A DNA stretch of 63,981 nucleotides, filler included, from Octopus bimaculoides (Eukaryota), in the NCBI RefSeq assembly GCF_001194135.2. It is 9 parts of 8 records of this genome, joined end to end, with 100 filler letters (N's around TTAATTAATTAA, not from the genome) between each part and the next. Parts side by side here need not be neighbours in the genome. Positions count along the whole stretch, not along the records: positions 1 to 10,765 come from NW_026320070.1; positions 10,866 to 17,458 come from NC_068984.1; 7 more parts are not named here. The stretch is one strand, 5' to 3'. Positions 1 through 12,095 of this stretch are shown here, one piece after another (position 1 is the first letter of the stretch; every line of letters starts with the position of its first letter). A model generated the notes under the pieces. The model was not told the DNA's origin. It saw only the letters and a program-made list of their open reading frames with translations, and made no database searches. The position numbers were made by a program, and so were the translations under genes.

Positions 1-1729
1 TACATATACATACATACATATATACATACACATACACAGATATATATATATATACAGCTTGCATTGTGGGGCCTGCCATTGATTAGCTTGCCAGATGAGG
101 ATCGTAATAATTTTGAGTAACTTGTGACAGTATCTTCTCCTGTCAATGGTGCTAAGCAGCCCTAATGCTATCAGGAAATGCCTGGGTTCTTTCAGGCCAC
201 ACTGTAGGCAGGTCTCTCTGTCCCAGTGTCCAGTCATCCATGGCAGCAACCACAACAAGCTGGGTGCAGCTGTAAACACACAAATCATGCAGAAAAAGAA
301 GTTCGTTTTATGCCTGAACAAAAAACGGAAACCCACCTCACTACATAAACTATACCACCCCTGTCTGGGCATGAAATCTTTCCTCTCATTTTACATCACA
401 GATCACATGCTATCACTCACCAACAATAGACATGGCATACCTTCAGGGAAACTCGATACATTTGAAACTAACTAAACGAATAAAAAAAGAATTCAAACAA
501 AATCAGTTATATCGAGAATGCACAGTCTATGGCCAGTTTGCTGCTATTAATAGTCCTATATACATGCTTAGCTGCCCAGACATAACACCCCAGAATAACA
601 TAACACTGTGAAAAAGAAATTCCACCTATTTGATTAAATACACACCAGAGTAACTATGAAGGGATCTTTCGACATGGTCGTTCAACTTGCTAAAAATTGT
701 ACCCAAATACAGTAACAATTATAATTTCAATATACTGATAACAAAGATTCAGGTTTGCTCTAACAAATATATCTAACATCAATGACAGTCCAGCTGTGAC
801 CACACCATACAATTTTTTAGGCACAGTACATCAAGGACTAGATTGTCAAGTTGATAGAGAATTATTTAGTAACACTCATCATCAAGGCAGAAGATAGGTG
901 GGACCATTAGAACAATGAACAAAATGCTTTGCAGCATTTAGTTACAGCTTTTTACATTCTACTAAAGTAATATTGATATTAATCCTTTCAGGTTCAATAA
1001 AATAAAGTACGGGCTGAGTACTGGGGCTGATTTATTAACTAACTCCTCTTTCCAAATTGCTAACCAAAATTAGAAATTATTTTCATGAACTCCTTCATAA
1101 AACATGAAATGTGTTTTGTCCCACAGGGCACAAAACCCATCTATCAATGCTGCAGTTACTTTATGTATGCTTGCATGTAAGAGTTTGAACATGTGGAATA
1201 TTAATTGAAAATATTCTGAATCTAATTACAGGGAAGATATAAACAAAAATGTGTAAGGAGTGAGAGAGGGGGGGGATGTATTACTGCACCAATAGCGATA
1301 TTGGCGTCAACATCAACAAAGAAATATAACAAAGAACACATTCCAAAATGAAATGCAACACACACAATCTTAAATGGGGAAAAAGGAAAAAGATAAAAAT
1401 TATTTAAATGAAATGATTTTAAATTGAATTAAAAGATGTTTTCTATACAAAACTTGTACCATAGAATATGGCAGGGTGCTTACAATAGTGACGATGATAG
1501 ATGATGACGATGGTGCAACAGACACACACACACACACACACGGCATCAATGCAAAAGAAAATGTAATTTACTAAAAGCTGCAGTTTAAATTTTATTCATA
1601 TAGAATGGAAAAATAAGTTTAACTGCATACAAGTACACGCACAAATCTGAACTTTAAAGTTTCATTTTGAAAATACGTCATTTTCAAATTTTCACAGACA
1701 GACAGCAAATACATGTACATACATTGGAT

Positions 1730-2254
1730 GGGTGCAGATGTGGCCATGTGGTAAGAAATTTGCTTCTCAACCACAAGATTCCAGGTTCAGTCCTACTGCA
1801 TGGCACATAGGACAAGTGTCATCTACTACAAACTCAAGCTGACCAAAGCCTTGTGAGTGGATTTGGTAGACAGAAACTGAAAGAAGCCAGTCATATACGT
1901 GTGTGTGTGTGTGTGTGTCCTATCACTGCTTGACAACTGGTGTTGGTTTGTTTATGCCCCTCTAATTTAGCAGTTTGGCAAAGAGACAAAATAAGTACTA
2001 GGTTCAAAAAGAGAAAAAGTACTGGGGTTGATACATCATCATCATCATCATCGTCGTTTAACGTCCGCTTTCCATGCTAGCATGGGTTGGACGATTTGAC
2101 TGAGGACCGTTGGACCAGGAGGCGACACCAGGCTCCAATCTGATTTGGCAGAGTTTCTACAGCTGGATGCCCTTCCTAACGCCATAAAAACTCTTCAAGG
2201 CAGTGCCCCAGCATGGTCACAGTCTAATGACTGAAACAAGCAAAAGATAAAAGA
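1730..2254 (+). mobile_element. tRNA-derived SINE family A (CORE-SINE-like, OR-type), old CpG-decayed copy
   Basis: A/B-box head, CORE-like block, internal (TG)n and an AAAAGAT tail. Homologous to the copies at 44215 and 48963. Confidence 0.85.
2035..2184 (-). mobile_element. 3' part of SINE family C with (GAT)n tail, nested in the family A copy
   Basis: Reverse complement of 38065-38208 (GGAAGGGCATCCAGCTGTAGAAACTCTGCC...GACGTTAAA(CGAT/TGAT)n). Confidence 0.8.
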
Positions 2255-2264
2255 TACCATATAT

Positions 2265-2299
<35 letters not shown>

Positions 2300-2991
2300 T
2301 CCCAACCCTCAACAAAAACATTGGAGCCTTAGGCATGAAGCCAACACAAAGAAAAATATAGAGAATATCTGAGTCTAAAAGCTGTACTCCAGTAAAGCCT
2401 ACAGTCTGGGCTATGATGGTTAAAGTGTACTAAAGACACCACCAACAAAAAAAATACATATACGCTCTTTTAAATCCCAAACAAAATGCCATGTTTATTA
2501 AAACTGAACATTCAAATTTTAACAGAAAATATGTAAAAGTTTTTATGGTCACACGAAAGCACAAAATTGTACCCACACACACACAAATACACATATTTCA
2601 ACATAAATATCAATTCAATAACAAGTACTAGACAGTATAATTACCTCTTTTCCCCTCCACCCCAACATTAGTTTCAACACAAAAGCGTGCTCAGTAATGC
2701 ATAGAATTTAATGTGAACTCCACCTTCAACCCACCAACACCATCACCACTACACACATGAACACACTGACAGTATCAATACTGAATCGTGTGGAATTGTC
2801 AACAGTTGCAATTGAAACCCCACCCACCCAGCACCACCACAGAATGATCAACTTTAATATGGGAGTTATGTACAATATGCAGCAACAGTTATGATTTTGC
2901 TCCCCCCTATCACTACCACCAAACACATACTATTTCAGTATGAAATAACGCAAGTATAATTGAAACGTCACATTTGTCAACACACACACAC

Positions 2992-3153
2992 AATGGGCTC
3001 CTTTCAGTTTCCCTTTATTGAATCTACTCACACGGTTTTGGTCAGCCCAGGACTATAGTAGAACATTCTTGCCCAAGGTGCCATGCAGTAGGACTGAATC
3101 CAAAACCATATGGTTGGGAAGCAAGCTTCTTAACCACAAACCTAGGCCTGCAC
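2992..3153 (-). mobile_element. SINE family A head plus CORE-like block
   Basis: Reverse-complement match to the 48692-48840 head. Confidence 0.75.
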
Positions 3154-3580
3154 CGACAATGTAATTAAAAAGTAAGCTTTGCTATCACACGTTTTTTTGG
3201 TTCAATCTCACTGCACAGCACTTTGGGCAAACCTCTTGTAACAAAAACCTTTGCTCAAATATGTCCTGTGAATGAAGCAGGGTAACTTGAAACACCAAGC
3301 AAGCCTGGCAGAGGCCCTATATAAACATTTTAATCACCAACTAGTGATTTTAATACCACCAGCTGGCCCCTAATTGCCCTGAGTACCACTTGCAAAAGTC
3401 TGAGCAAAATCTCAGACCTGAGGCTAACCCACAAGTTGTGGTTTCTTCTCCACCTCACAGTAGTCGTGGGAATAATATGGTTTGGGAGGTGAGGCAGCTT
3501 TAAAAGAAAGGTTATGGGCACTGTCCTTCCTCTGCTGTGTATGCCATGAAATAAAAGCAAAAATTGTCCGTGAAACATAC

Positions 3581-3647
3581 CAATGGAATGTCATAAGTAT
3601 GTAACAGATATCCGTAAACACGGAAATACCAATATACAATAGAAAAA
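3581..3647 (-). CDS. Candidate 67-nt coding exon, hydrophobic peptide, frame unresolved
   Basis: Acceptor gtcttgttttctgcag| and donor CATTG|gtatgt. Two frames are open: FSIVYWYFRVYGYLLHTYDIPL, or FLLYIGISVFTDICYILMTFH (the latter stays open to the stop at 3424). Confidence 0.35.
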
Positions 3648-3757
3648 CTGCAGAAAACAAGACATTCAAACACAAACACACATGGACAGACATTGAACAT
3701 TCACAGGAAATTCTAGACAAAACTGAGTTATATATGTGTGTGTGTGTGTGTATATAA

Positions 3758-3996
3758 CTTGGGGGTGCTGAAAAGTTCTTGGCTTTGGGTAAAGGAAAAT
3801 ATAGGAAGATCAGTTAATTATGATTTTATTCAACATACATCCCTCTCAGATTCAACATACATCCCTCTCAGATTCACACATTTATTGCAGTGGTCCTTCA
3901 GTTTTTCTAAGCCCTGTGAAAGAACTCGGAAGGTTGGGCCTCCTACCAGGACTTTTGCGATACCCTTCAAGCCAGGAACTTTTTAGTATCTCCTCA
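3758..3996 (-). mobile_element. Mariner-derived MITE with TIRs, TA-rich flanks and an internal 22-bp tandem duplication
   Basis: Ends GGGGGTGCTGAAAAGTTCTTGGCTT and AAGCCAGGAACTTTTTAGTATCTCCTC are inverted repeats. The interior encodes a mariner C-terminal remnant. ATTCAACATACATCCCTCTCAG is doubled at 3828-3871. Confidence 0.8.
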
Positions 3997-5100
3997 TATA
4001 TATACATATATATATATATATATATCTCACACGTATGTATACTTACACATATCCCATTGCCATACAGTTTCTTATTCAAACTACACAAACACATACTCAT
4101 ACACATGTATACACAAACACATACACATGTATACACAGTCACATGCACAAAAGTACCCAGAAAGAAAAAAAAAAGAAAAACCAATTCCTATAGAAGCACA
4201 TACCCACGCGCACTGAGACAATTTCTTACTTGAACTCCACACATTTGTATATATATATATACATACATACACACCTATGCATACATGTATACATAAATAT
4301 ACCCACACATTTTTTTATACACATACCCCCACACATAAACGATTTCCTATTTGAACTACAACAATAAAAATAGAAAATAAACAAACAACAGACGCTAAGA
4401 CAAGACCTCTCCCCCCACTTCCCCTTCAAAACCAAAGATAAACAAAACAACAGAACATATCCTCTTAGTAACAACTTATTAATGGTGGTGGTGGTCGTGG
4501 AAGTGATGGCGTTATTGAAAACATTGTACATTGCTGCAACAAGTCAATGTTGAGTCATTCTACTTTTGTTTAAAACATTAAAATAAATAAACAAGTAATA
4601 GAATTATATAAAAGAAAAAGGAAAAAAAATCCAAAAAACACCAACAGTCAGCCAGAAATACTTGGTTTCCTGGTTTTTTTCCAGATTATCAAGAAGGTAG
4701 AAAATTAATTAAAAATATGGAGTNNNNNNNNNNNNNNNNNNNNNNNNNNNNNNNNNNNNNNNNNNNNNNNNNNNNNNNNNNNNNNNNNNNNNNNNNNNNN
4801 NNNNNNNNAAAAAAAAAAAAAAAAAAAGAAGAAAAAGCCAAATGCTGCTTAGCATTTGTTCCAACTCTCTGCCAACTTCAAATTTCAACAACGTCAACTT
4901 TGCCTTTCATTCTAGTGAGTATGGGGTTCAATACAAAGGTAACCATTGCAGAGTGGGAAGAGTGAGGAGGACTGGGTGAGATGCCCTGTGGTATCAGTTT
5001 CCAGCACTTTGCATTCTGAAAGAAATGGTTGTGATGGCATTGGTGCCAAATGACATCAGTCCAAGACAGCAGCCTTTCACTTGGATAAATACCAATGGAA

Positions 5101-5225
5101 TTGGCACTCCATCAGTTACAGTGATCTGATCATCAGAACAGTCTGCTCATGAAATTAACATGCAAGTGGCTGAGCACTCCACAGATGTGTGTGTGCTCAG
5201 AATAATTCTCAGGGAGATTCAAGAG
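5101..5225 (-). mobile_element. 3' fragment of SINE family D, decayed
   Basis: Reverse complement of 56205-56345 (GTGGAGTGCTCAGCCACTTGCA.GTTAATTTCA). Confidence 0.7.
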
Positions 5226-5578
5226 TCAAAGATGAAACTTTTATGTGGTAATTTGGTATTTGAACCCAGATCAGTAAAGCGAGACACCAAACTACACACA
5301 ATAGAGCTGTCAGTACCCTTAGCCATGTGAAAATCTTCCTCTCGAAGATATCATTCATTTTGGAATGCCAGCAGCATCAAAAATGTTATAATTTGTAGAT
5401 ATTTAAAAGGAGCTGCACAGAAATTGTTATATTCACATTGACTTATTCAAGAGATAAAAGACAATCTTAAGAATAATTATTTCTTGAAAAATCAATAAGT
5501 TAACATCTTTTGTATTCTTGAATGTTGGAATCAATCATAATGGTTTACTATTTATTAGAGTGAATAATAATAATGATG

Positions 5579-5613
<35 letters not shown>

Positions 5614-6269
5614 GGTGTTGTGAGAAATTGATTTTTAAGACTGAGAGAAGTAATTTTATCAATGTTGCATTGCCTCAAGCAAGGAAAAAGAAAATGGAAA
5701 GTAATTTAAAAGAAAAAAAATTAAGAAATCAGGAGGCAAGAAAAATAAAGAAATGTGAAGATTGTATTTGTGTGTGTATGTGAGTGAGAGAGGGAGAAAT
5801 AGGCAGATATAAATTGAAACAAAAAAAAAGACAAATTTAAGTTCCAATTTCAAAAATGTATTTCAAAAGAATGAATTTAAAAGTGGATAGAGAATAACTA
5901 AATGAATGGTAGAAAGGGTGGAGGTGGAAGTGGAGATTGAAGAGGAGGGGTGCTATTCTTTTATATATTCTCATCTCTTTTAAGGGTTGTGGAGAAATAC
6001 AAAGAACTGAAACTATAATTAAGGGTCATGAAGCATTAAATATGATTCATTATTTAGCAAAAGGTAAGAAAGAAAAGGGACCCTTACCCTCACCTGGAAA
6101 CTAAAACCAGTCATAACCTATGTCACTTGTCCCACCCAATTCTAGGGTAAACCCTTCCCATACAGCATTAATTTAATTACAGACTACACCAGCTTCTAGG
6201 ATGGAAACAAATACAAACTTTTGGAGAAAACAGCTTTTGATAATTTTTTCTTTATATTTTGTCTTATTT

Positions 6270-6524
6270 TATTCTTTTGCTTGTTACAGTCATTTGACTA
6301 TGGCCATCTTGGAGCACTGCCTTTAAGGGTGTTTTTTTTAGTTAAAGAAGTAGCCAGTGGGTGACTAAAGAAGTTGTTGAATCTGTACCCATCAGAGTCT
6401 GGCTACGAGCTTTAACCATTAAGTTAAACGACCCCTGACAACAATTACTATCAAATTTAATGGTAAATTATAGCTTTCAAATGAGACATTTTATAAACAA
6501 ACTTGGGAAGCATCGAATGTGGTT

Positions 6525-6563
<39 letters not shown>

Positions 6564-7041
6564 NNNNNNNNNNNNNNNNNNNNNNNNNNNNNNNNNNNNN
6601 NNNNNNNNNNNNNNNNNNNNNNNNNNNNNNNNNNNNNNNNNNNNNNNNNNNNNNNNNNNNNNNNNNNNNNNNNNNNNNNNNNNNNNNNNNNNNNNNNNNN
6701 NNNNNNNNNNNNNNNNNNNNNNNNNNNNNNNNNNNNNNNNNNNNNNNNNNNNNNNNNNNNNNNNNNNNNNNNNNNNNNNNNNNNNNNNNNNNNNNNNNNN
6801 NNNNNNNNNNNNNNNNNNNNNNNNNNNNNNNNNNNNNNNNNNNNNNNNNNNNNNNNNNNNNNNNNNNNNNNNNNNNNNNNNNNNNNNNNNNNNNNNNNNN
6901 NNNNNNNNNNNNNNNNNNNNNNNNNNNNNNNNNNNNNNNNNNNNNNNNNNNNNNNNNNNNNNNNNNNNNNNNNNNNNNNNNNNNNNNNNNNNNNNNNNNN
7001 NNNNNNNNNNNNNNNNNNNNNNNNNNNNNNNNNNNNNNNNN

Positions 7042-7093
<52 letters not shown>

Positions 7094-7250
7094 CTTTGAC
7101 ACAATCTGCCAACTACATTCCGCTCACAAAGTGTTGGTGAGCACAAGGGAATAATATTAGAAGACACTTGCCCAATGAGCTGTACATTGGTTTTGAACCT
7201 AAGACAATAAGATAATGAAAAGGACATCTTAACCACACAGCTGTGCCTTC
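6270..7250 (-). mobile_element. SINE family A copy split by an N-gap at its internal microsatellite
   Basis: Tail at 6270-6340 and degenerate head/CORE at 7090-7250. Confidence 0.55.
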
Positions 7251-8235
7251 TCTCAATGCCTCTGTTCTTCGAAGCCTGGTGGTTCTTTCAATGTAATTCA
7301 AAGTTTATTTTTCACCAAGCACGTACAAAAATAATCATACGTAAGAGACAAGGTCATGTTGCTTCTAATATCATGTTTGAATTGAAATTTTTACAATTGT
7401 TTGCAAACAAAAGAATATAGAAAGAACCACATATTTCAGAGTTGACTGTTACAAAAATAGCAGGTCATAGGAAGGCCTTACTACATGCCATAAGTGTAAA
7501 AAAAAGGAAGTTATATCCAATATTAGTTTCTTATATTGGAACTAAGGCTTGCAAAAGGTGGTGAATTGGTAGAATAATGTGGAACGGAATTCCTGGCAGT
7601 ATGTGTTCTAAACTCTGTGTTCTGAGATCAAATACTGCAAAAGTCAATTTTGCCTGAATACTAAAGGGTTAGATCAATCAAAGTATGTGTTTAGTTTTTA
7701 GTTTACTGATTCCTTTGGAAGGAAAGGAAAAAGAGACAGCTTAGTAGAGATGCCAAAGAGAATATGACCATTTAGTCTGGTACACACCGATTTCTGGTAT
7801 TTCATCCCAACACCCCTTCTTTCATTATATTGATACTAACACACAAAGGATGGGGGAGACGAAAATAGCTAGAATCAAAGCTGTCTAGGGACCCCGGAGC
7901 TTTTAAATGCCACTGTTAAATGTTCCATTATTACAATGCTATTGTTAGTCATTCACCAAATTTTGACTGCCGCCACCTGCCACCCACCCCATGCAGTTTA
8001 CAAACTCAGAATGTTCTCACCTTTCCTTTTCTCCCACCCCACACACATCATGTAAACTTTATATTTACCCCCATGCCCCCCCCCCCCGGTAAGGGCGTGG
8101 GGGTAAATAGAATGTTTTTCATCCCTGGTAAGGGTGAATAGCCTCTCACTCCCACTATACAGGTGAATATACAAGTAGTGAATGCCACCAAAACTATATC
8201 TGGACTGATACATATTTGTTTCCCATACGCACATT

Positions 8236-8273
<38 letters not shown>

Positions 8274-8654
8274 NNNNNNNNNNNNNNNNNNNNNNNNNNN
8301 NNNNNNNNNNNNNNNNNNNNNNNNNNNNNNNNNNNNNNNNNNNNNNNNNNNNNNNNNNNNNNNNNNNNNNNNNNNNNNNNNNNNNNNNNNNNNNNNNNNN
8401 NNNNNNNNNNNNNNNNNNNNNNNNNNNNNNNNNNNNNNNNNNNNNNNNNNNNNNNNNNNNNNNNNNNNNNNNNNNNNNNNNNNNNNNNNNNNNNNNNNNN
8501 NNNNNNNNNNNNNNNNNNNNNNNNNNNNNNNNNNNNNNNNNNNNNNNNNNNNNNNNNNNNNNNNNNNNNNNNNNNNNNNNNNNNNNNNNNNNNNNNNNNN
8601 NNNNNNNNNNNNNNNNNNNNNNNNNNNNNNNNNNNNNNNNNNNNNNNNNNNNNN

Positions 8655-9180
8655 GTGCAAACATGGCTCTATAGGTAAGAAGATTGCTTTGCAACTATGT
8701 GATTTTGGGTTCAGTCCTATTGCATGGCACCTTAGACAAGTGTCTTCTATTAAAGCCTTGGGCTGACTAATGCCTTATGAGTGTATTTGGTAGATAGAAA
8801 CTGTGTAGAAGCGACGAGCTGGCAGAAATGTTAGCACGTCAGGCAAAATGCTTAGCGGTATTTCGTCTGCTGCTATGTTCTGAGTTCAAGTCCTGCCGAG
8901 GTCGACTTTGCCTTTCGTCCTTTCAGGGTCGATTAAATAAGTACCAGTTATGCACTAGAGGTCAATATAATCGACTTAATCCGTTTGTCTGTCCTTGATT
9001 GTCCCCTGTGTGTGTAGCCCTTTGCGGGCAGTAAAGAAATAAGAAACTGTGTAGAAGCATGTTGTGTGTGTGTATGTGTGTGTGTGTGTGTGTGTGTGCA
9101 TGCTTATGTCCCCCACCACTGCTTGACAGCTGGTGTTGGTTTGTTTACATTCCCATAACTTAGCTGTTTCGCAAAAGAGG
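8655..9180 (+). mobile_element. SINE family A interrupted by a family B insertion
   Basis: Head and CORE at 8655-8812; the element resumes at 9042. Confidence 0.8.
8813..9041 (+). mobile_element. tRNA-derived SINE family B (B1 tail) with a 17-bp target-site duplication
   Basis: AGAAACTGTGTAGAAGC at 8796-8812 and 9042-9058; B box GAGTTCAAGTCC; AAGAAAT tail. Confidence 0.9.
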
Positions 9181-9599
9181 TCGAAGGCAAACCATTTAAC
9201 AACACAGCCATGAAGAGAAAAGAGAGAGAGTGAGAGAGGGAGATTGGATGTCTTTTTGCTGAAACACCTTTGAATACAAGTATGCTTGATCAGGGCTGTC
9301 CAGTATTAAACAACAACAGCAAAACCAATAACGGTTCATTCTACATGCATAAAGTGCCAGTTTCCACCTGTCATTCATGTTTCTTTTCCTTCTCTTTTTT
9401 ATATGTAATCCACACTTATGCCTAAAGTATACATATTATACAAAGTGATTATTTTCATGTTGATTTTTGTAAATCATTCTTGTCAAAGTTATATGGAAAG
9501 GTTTGGGAAGCACCACTCCTGCTCACCTTGTTTTCAAATTATTTTATATCTCCAAGGCCCTCCACTGCTCTGAAACCTGTGTTTGGAGCTCTTAGAACA

Positions 9600-9975
9600 T
9601 TGGAGAGAGAGAAAGAGAAGAATAGAAAGGATATCGAAAAGGATAAAAAGGCTAGTGAGAGGAGAGAGAGGGGGGGGGGATTTCAGAAAAGAGAGAAAGA
9701 GTAAAAAGAAAAAAAAGAAAAAGAGAAAAAGCAAAAGAGAAAAAAGGAGAGAGAGAAAAAAAAAGGAAGAATGAAAAGAGAAAAAGTGAAAGAAATAAAC
9801 AAAACAAAAGCAGAAAGCAAAAATAAAAAAGGAAAAAAACAAACTAAAGGAATCAAGAGATTGGAACAAAGGAGAGAAAGAAAGAGCGAAAGAAAGAAAC
9901 AGAGGGGTAGAGAGGAAAAGAGAGAGCGAGAGAAAGAAAGAAAGAAAGAGAGGCAGAGAGAAAGAGAAAGAAACA
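9600..9975. repeat. About 375-bp imperfect polypurine/polypyrimidine tract
   Basis: Almost exclusively A/G on the + strand. The Lys/Glu/Arg-rich and Phe/Leu/Ser-rich ORFs here are low-complexity artefacts. Confidence 0.9.
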
Positions 9976-10560
9976 TCTGCCAAATTATGTCAAAATGACC
10001 AGGATTTTAGTTCAACCTTCAGTGCTTATTTTTTCCTGTGTTTTTTCTATTTTTTTTTCGTGTAATTTATTTCTTCTTTTATGTAATTAATCACTAAGCT
10101 AAGTTTCAATTAAACTTGTAGTTTTACAAGATTTTAAGTAGATCTTGCTGTTGTTGTTGTTACTGTAAACTGAAGTTATGTAAGAGTAGAATATAATTGG
10201 ACATGTTCTCAAGCACTTATGGGAAATGTGAGGCCACTTTGAGTGTGTCTGTCTGTCTGTCTATAATACCTACATATATATGTGTGGCCATGCATCTTAT
10301 GTTTGGACACAAAAACTGAGTAAATAAGGGGGAAAAAGAGAATAATACAAGATGCTAGGTTTTATTATATTTATTGAAGTGGAAAACTTCACCAAACCTC
10401 AATTTTGATCACTCTCTCTCTACCTTCTTATACTTATGTACCTGCCTGCATTTTTTAAACCTTTTTCTTCTTTATACATATGTATATATATACATATATA
10501 TATATATATGGCTGATAGTTAGCAAGGTGAGACACACATAAGAAAGAAGAAAGCAAAGGA

Positions 10561-10600
10561 CCACTGATGAGGTCACAGAAGTGTGACGAAAGAACTCTGG
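10561..10600 (+). ncRNA. Minimal type I hammerhead-ribozyme-like motif (Penelope type)
   Basis: CCA-CUGAUGA-G-GUCAC-AGAAGU-GUGAC-GAAA-GAAC-UC-UGG: intact core boxes, perfect 5-bp stem II, 3-bp stem I and a UC cleavage context. Confidence 0.5.
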
Positions 10601-10715
10601 CAGAAATAGGATTAATGTAATATAATGTAATATAAAGCTGAAGCAAATTAACACCAAATATACGGTGCGTGTGTTTTTATTGGCTAAACTGGCAATATGA
10701 CATTCCCCAAGTACA

Positions 10716-10749
<34 letters not shown>

Positions 10750-10809
10750 GTATATATATATGTATNNNNNNNNNNNNNNNNNNNNNNNNNNNNNNNNNNN
10801 NNNNNNNNN

Positions 10810-10821
10810 TTAATTAATTAA
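10810..10821. other. Artificial gap spacer TTAATTAATTAA (first of eight)
   Basis: Centred in N44-12-N44 100-bp blocks; also at 17503, 30769, 39036, 46546, 48907, 52126 and 60756. Confidence 0.9.
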
Positions 10822-11025
10822 NNNNNNNNNNNNNNNNNNNNNNNNNNNNNNNNNNNNNNNNNNNNCATATATAATTTTTTGATGGTTTCATTTATGATCT
10901 GGCTTTTGTGTATTTTGGGCAGACCATAGAAAAGGACCTGTGTCCCATATATATAGTATATAAAGTATACTATATATAGTACGCATGTATACACTTACAC
11001 ATCTATATATCTGTGTGTGTGTGTG

Positions 11026-11075
<50 letters not shown>

Positions 11076-11098
11076 CGTGTGTATACATGCATACTCAC

Positions 11099-11127
11099 AG
11101 CATAGTGTCAACAAACGACAACTTCAT
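11099..11127 (-). CDS. Candidate first coding exon (MKLSFVDTM-L) of a minus-strand gene occupying the left 11 kb
   Basis: aacaacATG context and strong donor CT|gtgagt (phase 2). It sits exactly at the CpG-poor/CpG-rich boundary and joins 3581-3647 in frame. Confidence 0.3.
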
Positions 11128-11929
11128 GTTGTTCCAGAACTAGTCTATCCTGGCGTCCTACGTGTTGCAATACCTAGATTTTAACGAAGCCTGCAACTGA
11201 CGAGTATATGTATGAATATGTTTAATACATACATACAAATATATGCGCATCCCTATATATGCATTTATGTATATACTAAACAATTGAAGGCATGCATAAC
11301 TACATAATTATAATCCTAATCGTAGTTCGATGATTACTTTTACGAATATAACTACAGGAATACTTTGCTTGCATTTTACTTCCAACCGTCTCCATGGAGG
11401 ATTTGAAGTTTGCTTTAGGATTATTGGTCTCAATGTAATATTCCCTTTACTTTAATACGTTGGATTCCCTGTCAATTAAACTAATGCCTTGCTTTATGAA
11501 TACATAAATGAATGATGCTTCATATCTCGCTTGCATGCTTTAGCAATTATGACGTTTAATTTACCTCTTTAACCACCAGTTCGCTTCACTGGTTCATAAA
11601 TGGGAAATTGCTGATGCCAAATGTAATATATTTAATGTAGTATATATACACATATACATATATACGTATATGTATAAGTATATGTATATATATATGTGTG
11701 TGTGCATATGTGTGTGTGTGCTGTGTGTGTGTGTATATGTTATATGTGGTTGAGTCTGTAGGTGTGTGTGCTGCGTAAATGTCTATAATTGTGCATTTCT
11801 ACATGTATATATGTGTGTAAATGCACTCATTTATGCATATGTATATGCCTGTATATCTCTCTAACTATCAATCAATGTATCTCTCTTCCCATGTATCTGT
11901 CTATCAATCTATCTCTCTCTCTCTCTCTT

Positions 11930-11960
<31 letters not shown>

Positions 11961-12038
11961 ATATATATATATATGTTATATATATATACACATATACATA
12001 TGAGTGTGTGTATGTGTGCATGCGTGTGTATGCGTATG

Positions 12039-12095
<57 letters not shown>

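Noticed and set aside
4940-5020. Kelch-like peptide CWKLIPQGISPSPPHSSHSA on the minus strand
   Set aside because: It runs into and partly overlaps a decayed family B SINE, and no donor was found.
9527-9590. Minus-strand exon candidate after the long pyrimidine tract, donor AAG|gtgagc
   Set aside because: Stops in all three frames; at best a non-coding or poison exon, unsupported.
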